The notes beneath the pieces were generated by a model that was not told the DNA's origin, made no database searches, and saw only the letters and a program-made list of their open reading frames with translations. A stretch of DNA of 64,000 bases, taken from contig JAFSJK010000063.1 in the NCBI GenBank assembly GCA_017439305.1, forward strand, positions 14,367 to 78,366, read 5' to 3'. The translations under genes and the position numbers were made by a program. Of the stretch, positions 57,663-64,000 are shown one piece after another (within the stretch, counting starts at the first letter, position 1; the number at the start of each line of letters is the position of its first letter). This DNA is from Bacteroidales bacterium. GTDB taxonomy: Bacteria; Bacteroidota; Bacteroidia; Bacteroidales; UBA932.

Positions 57663-58583
57663 ATGAAATCAAATGCACCTCTGGTCTATTCGAAACCCTT
57701 GAATCGACAACCAGAACAAAACAGTAATGCCCTTGAAGGTGAAGGGAAAAAACCAAAGGTAACAGAAAGAATTGTTGATAGGTTAGATCTCCAACTGCTT
57801 CTTGCCGTCATCGTTTTTTTTGTATCTGCCTGGGCTTTCCTAAACGGGCGCATTTGCAACTTTACAGGAAGTGAGCCTATCAACGTTCAGATGAGTTACA
57901 TCTTGGTACATTATATACTCACGCTAGTATTGGTTCTTTGCGTGTGCATTACCGCCGTCAAAGGTAATTTCGTCCTCAGGGAAGATGATGAAGACATCTC
58001 AGATGAAAATGTAATCTGCAGCATTAAGCTTTTCATTGAAGGCTGGTTCCCGACACTTCTCCTATGTGTAGGCGTATTGATCACTTCCTCCATTATTCCG
58101 TGGTATCTCTGGTTCCTATGCGCTGTTGTACTCCTTGTGATAAAGCTCAAGAGTTTCGACGTTACTCTTCCTTCCCGCTTGTGTTTCGCTCTTGGAGTGA
58201 TTATACTTTTCCCAATCTTTGTCTCAACAATGACTATCGTTGAAAAAGAGGTTGATGTCGTTTTGGATAAGGATTATTATTCGCTCTCAGATGACGTGAC
58301 CGTTTCCATTCAGTCCAAAGGCTATGCTTGCAGACATTCCCTTGTGTGTTTGGGTGATCCGCATTCCAGTTATACGGTTGATAACAATAAGATAATCCTG
58401 CCAGCTTCTTACATAGAGAATGGGAGTATCTCTGTCGGCACGGTCAGCCCGGCGAGTGGATTTCAAAACTTTTTTGTATATCCGTATCGAAAGATTTTTA
58501 ATCTCCCCATTCAATATCCTTCTCTTGGAAATCACTTAAAAGAGCGGGCGTATTTCACTTCAAAACAGGTCATTGTTAGATAA
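57663..58583 (+). CDS. Hypothetical multi-pass membrane protein, AT-rich
   Basis: 306 aa, ~5 TM segments then soluble C-terminal domain. Confidence 0.65.
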   Translation: MKSNAPLVYSKPLNRQPEQNSNALEGEGKKPKVTERIVDRLDLQLLLAVIVFFVSAWAFLNGRICNFTGSEPINVQMSYILVHYILTLVLVLCVCITAVKGNFVLREDDEDISDENVICSIKLFIEGWFPTLLLCVGVLITSSIIPWYLWFLCAVVLLVIKLKSFDVTLPSRLCFALGVIILFPIFVSTMTIVEKEVDVVLDKDYYSLSDDVTVSIQSKGYACRHSLVCLGDPHSSYTVDNNKIILPASYIENGSISVGTVSPASGFQNFFVYPYRKIFNLPIQYPSLGNHLKERAYFTSKQVIVR

Positions 58584-58597
58584 ATACATTCTTTGCG

Positions 58598-59500
58598 ATG
58601 AAGAAAAACAATAAAACATGGATTCTCTTCTGCGGACTGTTGCTGTGCGCCTTGTTCATTGTGGTTCTCCCGGCAGTCAGTGCCCTGAAGAGCCAGTCCA
58701 GGTCGGCGTCTCTTCAGAAAGACAATCACTTGAGAGTTGAGAATAATGCCATTTATTTGGACGATCGCGAGGTCTATCGCTTTCTCCCGGTTGACGGCGG
58801 CAATGCCAGGCTTGGCGGGGCTTCTTCATTCTCTTTTTCGAAAGAAAAATCAATCACATTTGAATATACTAATCAGCATATTAAAAGCTTTTTAATTGGA
58901 GAGACTCCTGTAACAAAAGAATTGTGGGAATATGTCGTTGCTGATAAAATACCCGAAAACTCAGATGGCTTTTATTTCTATCCTCATACTTTTTCCTATA
59001 AAGACTGGTTAATTTTCCTTGTGCGGCTCCGGGAACTGACTGGGAAATCCTTCCGCCTCCCCACCAAGGATGAATGGGAATTTGCCGCAAGAGGGGGTAT
59101 ACACAGCAAGGGATACACATATTCCGGCTCGGATGATATTGATGAGGTCGCTTTTTACAAGGGTAATTTTTCTTATCCTGTCGGAAAGAGTTTCCCTTAT
59201 GGTAAAAAGAAAAAGCCCAATGAGCTTGGATTATTTGATATGAGTGGAGGCGTTTATGAGTTGACTTCCACCCATATATACGAGTCCAATCCTATTTTCT
59301 TGAATGAGTACAATACCCTTCTTGGGAAAAAAGAGCGGAATGAAAAACTCACCGGGGACGATGTTAAGCATTTGCAGTTTCTCGAGAGTTATATCTGCAT
59401 GGGAGGTGCGTATGATCAGCCTGCCGAGTATTGTCAGCTGAATATGCTTCCTTCTCATTTCCCCACCGAGTCAGGTGCTAGAATCATCATGGAGTACTAA
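58598..59500 (+). CDS. FGE-sulfatase (SUMF1) domain protein, membrane-anchored
   Basis: IGETPVT, FRLPTKDEWEFAARGG, PNELGLFDMSG, GARI. Confidence 0.85.
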   Translation: MKKNNKTWILFCGLLLCALFIVVLPAVSALKSQSRSASLQKDNHLRVENNAIYLDDREVYRFLPVDGGNARLGGASSFSFSKEKSITFEYTNQHIKSFLIGETPVTKELWEYVVADKIPENSDGFYFYPHTFSYKDWLIFLVRLRELTGKSFRLPTKDEWEFAARGGIHSKGYTYSGSDDIDEVAFYKGNFSYPVGKSFPYGKKKKPNELGLFDMSGGVYELTSTHIYESNPIFLNEYNTLLGKKERNEKLTGDDVKHLQFLESYICMGGAYDQPAEYCQLNMLPSHFPTESGARIIMEY

Positions 59501-59593
59501 ATTACCATCGACACGCTCATTGCCTCGAAGGAAGCCCACATCACCGAGTTGGAAGCTTACAAGAAGAGTATCATTTTCATACATTTCCAGTGA
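59501..59593 (+). pseudogene. Type I R-M specificity subunit (HsdS) C-terminal remnant
   Basis: My translation: ITIDTLIASKEAHITELEAYKKSIIF, resembling the HsdS conserved helix (ID.LI..KE..I.ELE.YKKSLI); no start codon. Confidence 0.5.
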
Positions 59594-59619
59594 TTCCAGT
59601 TACAATAAACAGGATGTTT

Positions 59620-59790
59620 CACTGGTGTCCATTTATTTTTTATAAACTAATACGTAAACGCAAATTCAAGTTGTCCGGCCGTTTCGCATACTTCTTCCAA
59701 CTTCTCGGAGCCATCAAACAGGTCCTGGATTGGAGTCTTGTCCGTCAACACACGACTTACCGAACGCGGCTTTTATACACGGTGGGATAA
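59620..59790 (-). mobile_element. IS4-family transposase 3' remnant with probable right end
   Basis: Minus-strand SRVLTDKTPIQDLFD (stop 59647) resembles Bacteroidetes IS4 C-termini as I recall them; followed by GGACACCAGTG, similar to IS4-type ends. Confidence 0.4.
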
Positions 59791-59891
59791 GGAACCTGTG
59801 ACGGAGAAGCAGATATAGGCAGTTGTTCTCTCGCACCATGAAACGTTTGTGCGTTCGGAGGAGAGGATACAACTGATGTATTAGCCCGAAG

Positions 59892-60008
59892 GAGGCGTCG
59901 AATGGAAATGGCTGATTGTTAGCAAATTACGCTTAAGTGACTGCTCTATTTAGCCCACTCAATTAATCACAATCGCCTGACTATCAACCACTTCCATTCG
60001 ACAGCCTC
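59892..60008. repeat. ~117-bp imperfect palindrome (31/32-bp arms)
   Basis: GAGGC-GTCGAATGGAAATGGCTGATTGTTAG vs reverse complement GAGGCTGTCGAATGGAAGTGGTTGATAGTCAG. Confidence 0.7.
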
Positions 60009-60265
60009 GGGGATGTCCCGATGTTCTTCCGGAGCAGGTAGGCGATTTCGGCTTGGTGGGTGGACCTGTACAAGCGACAGAACGGCTGCTTCATCGAGGT
60101 GGCCGTCTTTATTTGCCGGGATTATTTGGATATACCGGATTTCTTTCTACCTTTGCACTCCGAAATCCCGACACACAACAACTCCGGGCGAAAGCCATCA
60201 GAGGGGAAACTGTACCCTCATGGCTGGGATTCCGGTATCATTCATTGTCATATTGTTGTGTGCGT

Positions 60266-60721
60266 ATGTCCGAAAACAACTATCAGCTGGTCGCCTGGAC
60301 CGAAAACGGAGAGGTCAAGTTCTCCGGTGTTGCCTTATGGGAGCAGGAAATGCTTCTTTGGGATGAGTATTATTCTCTTTACTATTCCGAGGACAAAGGA
60401 TGGGAGAGGTATTCCCGCCTTGTCCACATCGCTTGGCAGTGGGGTATGCTGCTCCTGGAGATGAAGGAGTATTGGAAGGCTTATGGCCGTTTTACCGATG
60501 GACTATATGCCTGCCGGGATGCGATGCGTTTTCTCCATTTCCCGGAAGATGGCGGTGTCCATCCATTCCTCCTTGCGATGGATGACTTGCTCGAGGGTTG
60601 TCATAAGGCCGCCCTGGAAGATGATAACCTGGAGGAGGTCTATTTTGAGGACAGCTTCCGTGATATCCGCCGTCAGCACTGGGAGAAGACAGCAGACCCC
60701 GAAAACGGAGGCTCGTTCTAA
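60266..60721 (+). CDS. Hypothetical helical protein
   Basis: Probable start MSENNYQL; 151 aa. Confidence 0.55.
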   Translation: MSENNYQLVAWTENGEVKFSGVALWEQEMLLWDEYYSLYYSEDKGWERYSRLVHIAWQWGMLLLEMKEYWKAYGRFTDGLYACRDAMRFLHFPEDGGVHPFLLAMDDLLEGCHKAALEDDNLEEVYFEDSFRDIRRQHWEKTADPENGGSF

Positions 60722-60767
60722 ACAGATTTTATTATTTTTGTACATCTCAATCACCTTTTCAAGAGCC

Positions 60768-61535
60768 ATGACGAACCATCCTGATACAATCATCCCTGAA
60801 GAAGCGACGCGCGAAACGAGGGAACTCGAGGGTGATTTCGAGGAAGAGCAGATCCGCTTGGAGAATGCCCATGACAATTATCTCAAGGCGGTCGAGAATG
60901 ACGTGAACAGGTGCTCGTCCGCTTATGTCGACCTCGCCCGCAGGCTATGGAAAGCGGCGGAGGAAAGGGACTATCTGAGTATCCCGGGCATCGTGGATAC
61001 AGTGACAGTTCCGGAAGGGGCCTCGCTCCTGGTCCGGGAGTGCCGGCAAACTAACTTTGGCGATAAAAGCGAACTGTATGTCCGGGATTCCGATGGGAAG
61101 AAGCACGCAGCAATCTTCCATTACCTCGGCGTCGAGGATACGTCCATGGGGGCCTGGCAGACATACCTTCTGCACCAGTTGTGGCACTGCCTGCCCCTCT
61201 GGTGGCATTCCAACTACGCACGAAGGGTATATGTCTGTTCGAAAGAGGACCTGGCCACAACCACCCTCGGCAAAGCGAGGCGCTCCTGGAGGACGAGATA
61301 TATGATGAGACGGCTAGGAAGCAACTACCGTCCCATGGATTTGGACACGTTGGATCTTACTCCGGAGCTATTCTTCTGGGACGGCAGATACTACGTCTCC
61401 TGCTGCTACTGGTCCGAATTCGGAGGCCTCATCCGGGAGTATGCCGAACTCATCCTCTCGGACGGACGGATGGAAAAGTTCCTGGTTTTTGCCAAGAAGA
61501 CGCTCTTCAAGTATGATTGCGGGGTCATTTACTGA
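60768..61535 (+). CDS. Hypothetical protein
   Basis: Probable start MTNHPDT; 255 aa; aromatic/His-rich LHQLWHCLPLWWHSNY. Confidence 0.6.
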   Translation: MTNHPDTIIPEEATRETRELEGDFEEEQIRLENAHDNYLKAVENDVNRCSSAYVDLARRLWKAAEERDYLSIPGIVDTVTVPEGASLLVRECRQTNFGDKSELYVRDSDGKKHAAIFHYLGVEDTSMGAWQTYLLHQLWHCLPLWWHSNYARRVYVCSKEDLATTTLGKARRSWRTRYMMRRLGSNYRPMDLDTLDLTPELFFWDGRYYVSCCYWSEFGGLIREYAELILSDGRMEKFLVFAKKTLFKYDCGVIY

Positions 61536-61676
61536 ATCCCGGATGTTTCTGTCAGATGCTAAAGCCGAACGTCTTCTTTGTGGGCATCGTCCATTTGTCT
61601 CCGAACTTGCCTCCATCCGTGCGTGGAGGTTCGGGAAGGGGAGGTAATGTGGAGTGGAGTGTCAAAAGTGGTGTCA

Positions 61677-62714
61677 TCATTGGCACCATTTTGAAAACTC
61701 CACATGAGATAGGATCATTTCACATGCTGCTTCGATGATGTTATCCTCACTATCATATTTAACCCTCTCAACATCTAATTGTATCTCGATATCGGGCGGA
61801 ACGCCGTTCTCATAATCAATTCCGGATCTTGAAATAAGCTTTATCGTCGGTATCCGGTATAACCAACCATTTGATAGTTCATGATAAACTGGAATGCTTG
61901 TTCCCCCTGATGTCTTGACCCCGACAATACAAATATTATTACATCCTTTTGCACTCGCTGCAAAAATGGATGCCGCACTATATGACCTGTTGTCAATCAG
62001 AACAATAAGTGGTTTTTGCCAGAGCTTGCTCTTTTCCTTGATCCCGGGCTTGAGCAGCATCCCGTTTTGTTTTAAATCATCGCGGATGTCATTATGCCTG
62101 ACCAGTGATTTGAACAGTTCTTTTTCAAGGGGCAGGAATTTGAGCAGTGTCCTCACATTCTCGTACGCCCCGCCTCGGTTACCCCTCAAATCCAAGATAA
62201 GCCCCTGGCAATCTTTACAATAGGCTAACGCTTCATAAACCTGGTCATCTGATATATCATCCAAGAAACTGGCATATTCAATATATCCGACCAATCCATT
62301 ATGAATGGTGTTGTAACGCAATCCCCCTGCTATTTTTACATCCTCGCCTAAATAATAAGAAACGAGCAAACGAGATACATGTGTGACTAAATCAATCCGA
62401 TACCCGGACCATTCTTTCGTATCCGTTTTCAAGCTTACATGTCCGTCGTTCAACTCTCCGAGCATCTGGCATAAAACGGAGAACAGTTGACTGTCATCCA
62501 TGTCATCGCTGACCTGTCCACGATATTTCGTATAGACGGTATCCCAGTTCACGTCTCTATTGGGAAAACAGACGTATTTTTGGTTCACGGCATTCCAGAG
62601 CTCGTCAAACACCTCCGTTGATGTCGCTGCCGTCCTGTCGGGAAATAATGTATCACACGAGACGAGGGACATCAAGATGACGGCAGCCGTCAAGACAATT
62701 CTCTTATAGCTCAT
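61677..62714 (-). CDS. S41 family peptidase (lipoprotein)
   Basis: Start MSYKRIVL, lipobox VSC; LNDGHV, ILDLRGNRGG, SYSAASIF, GVPPDI. Confidence 0.9.
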   Translation of the reverse strand: MSYKRIVLTAAVILMSLVSCDTLFPDRTAATSTEVFDELWNAVNQKYVCFPNRDVNWDTVYTKYRGQVSDDMDDSQLFSVLCQMLGELNDGHVSLKTDTKEWSGYRIDLVTHVSRLLVSYYLGEDVKIAGGLRYNTIHNGLVGYIEYASFLDDISDDQVYEALAYCKDCQGLILDLRGNRGGAYENVRTLLKFLPLEKELFKSLVRHNDIRDDLKQNGMLLKPGIKEKSKLWQKPLIVLIDNRSYSAASIFAASAKGCNNICIVGVKTSGGTSIPVYHELSNGWLYRIPTIKLISRSGIDYENGVPPDIEIQLDVERVKYDSEDNIIEAACEMILSHVEFSKWCQ

Positions 62715-63480
62715 AATCAAAATGCTTGGTGAGACCGAAACGGAAAGCAATCCCGAGTTCAAGAAATTGTAGTTGCAAACGGTCAGGAATGACCTTGCCG
62801 GAAGAAAAGCAATAGTGACGTAAAGATAACATCAGACAGTTTCCGTGATTCAATGTCCGGCAGACTCCGACTCGAAGGTCATTTCCCGGGAAGGCATTGA
62901 ACGAATAATCTGAAGAATACACGATCCCCCACATGTTGGTAGGCGACAGAAATGCAATGAAGGGGATTCTGTCTTCCATTTTGACAGACCATCTTCGAGG
63001 CAGTTTCCATTCTGCAGAGAGACACATTTTGGCATCATAGTCGAGGGTATAAAAACAGAAGTACTCTTGTTGCCCTAACTCAAATGCTCTGGTGAACAGG
63101 TCGTTTCTCATGAATCCAAGGGCACCCCCAACTTTCACGGAAAAAATGCTATTGGTGTATACGCCGGCCAAACCGCCAAAGGAAAAATCCAGTCGCCTGT
63201 CAAGCATCGTAGACAGATCCTTGTGATACATATTGCCCAGCCAACAGTAGGAAGCGTCGATATCAGAAAAAAAGACGGCATTTGTACTGCTGGCAGAGAA
63301 ACAGAGGCTTATCCCGACGAGTGGACCATTGTAGACCAATGGAGAGTAGAAAGCATACTTTACGCCCATCATACCACCATTCAAGGATGGAGTAAGTGAT
63401 AAGGTTGGCCTATCCCGTTCTTCCGCATAAGACAACGTCGGCAGAAACAGAAGAAGGAAGATGAATGCTTTCAATTTCAT
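62704..63480 (-). CDS. Outer-membrane beta-barrel (DUF3316-like)
   Basis: Signal peptide, YSPLVYNG, alternating strands ending ELGIAFRF; overlaps the S41 gene. Confidence 0.6.
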   Translation of the reverse strand: MKLKAFIFLLLFLPTLSYAEERDRPTLSLTPSLNGGMMGVKYAFYSPLVYNGPLVGISLCFSASSTNAVFFSDIDASYCWLGNMYHKDLSTMLDRRLDFSFGGLAGVYTNSIFSVKVGGALGFMRNDLFTRAFELGQQEYFCFYTLDYDAKMCLSAEWKLPRRWSVKMEDRIPFIAFLSPTNMWGIVYSSDYSFNAFPGNDLRVGVCRTLNHGNCLMLSLRHYCFSSGKVIPDRLQLQFLELGIAFRFGLTKHFDYEL

Positions 63481-63618
63481 TGAATGATAATACTCTTACG
63501 GTGTCAAAGATAACCATATTCCCATGCACCTCCAAATTCAGAGTACTAGTCGAGCTGATGGCTTGGATTCGTCACTGGCGCGCCGACATTTCTCCCCCTC
63601 ATGCATGAAATGCCATAA

Positions 63619-63654
63619 TCGCGAAAAGGCAGCCACGCGGCTGCCTTTTCGTGA
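63619..63654. terminator. Strong hairpin, likely bidirectional terminator
   Basis: CGAAAAGGCAGCC-ACGC-GGCTGCCTTTTCG. Confidence 0.6.
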
Positions 63655-63855
63655 TTCCGTTGGGACGGTCGGAGAATGTGCCATAGAAGCGCCTACAACG
63701 CTGTTTTTCATTGACTTGAGGAGAAATCTTGACACTCCGAAATGTCATGAAAAATCGGGGCAACTCTAAATCGGGGAGACAAGATTTAGCCCCTTGTATC
63801 CCCCCATAATAGGTTGCATTTTTGTGTGAAAGTTAAACTATTTGCAACGAGTATT

Positions 63856-64000
63856 ATGGTTATTTTGTACAATCTTAGATTTTATGTCCATGACCTCAAT
63901 GGAAGCGTCATGGCTCGCGCGAGGTGGGAACACAAGACTCGCGCAGTTGTCTTTGCTTGCGGCGTGTTTGCCGAAAAGAGTAAATGGGATTCTGACCAGC
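63856..64000 (+). CDS. Probable 5' end of a tyrosine integrase (arm DNA-binding domain), truncated by the window
   Basis: My translation: MVILYNLRFYVHDLNGSVMARARWEHKTRAVVFACGVFAEKSKWDSDQ, resembling Bacteroidetes integrase N-termini (R.RW....V.F..G....KWD). Confidence 0.45.
   Translation, partial: MVILYNLRFYVHDLNGSVMARARWEHKTRAVVFACGVFAEKSKWDSDQ

Noticed and set aside
57451-63633. GAAAAGGCAGC direct repeat at 57451 and 63623 as possible attL/attR
   Set aside because: An 11-bp match is expected by chance in 64 kb and both copies sit in unrelated hairpins

Overview
High-GC Bacteroidales DNA (SusC/SusD pair, TAnnTTTG -7 promoter boxes, many lipoproteins); finer taxonomy cannot be assigned from sequence alone. 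1-26.8 kb is one large polysaccharide utilisation locus with a divergent AgaR/DeoR regulator. It carries an AgaS-KbaZ-PfkB-DMT amino-sugar module, GH109, CE7, three DUF4832(/DUF4874) putative hydrolases, three paralogous IDGxFxDW lipoproteins, three phosphatases plus a phytase/SdiA-like propeller, SusD, and a SusC fused at its C-terminus to an OmpA-like peptidoglycan-binding domain. 26.9-32.6 kb: starch enzymes (GH97, two GH13). 35.0-37.8 kb: a RAYT-like HUH transposase and partner ORF bracketed by two ~210 bp palindromic arrays of an 11-bp core at 22-bp period. Then dinB, tRNA-Pro, the xylR-xylB-xylA-xylE operon, an EF-hand/LEA-like protein, a C69 dipeptidase, an S1/P1-PLC-fold protein with a coiled coil, a carboxylesterase, a YiiX-M28 fusion, an L-galactose-type oxidation trio and GH43. 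From ~57.35 kb: an AT-rich accessory patch with hsdS and IS4 scars, ending in the probable 5' end of an integrase. All family calls are motif recognition by eye, with no database searches.
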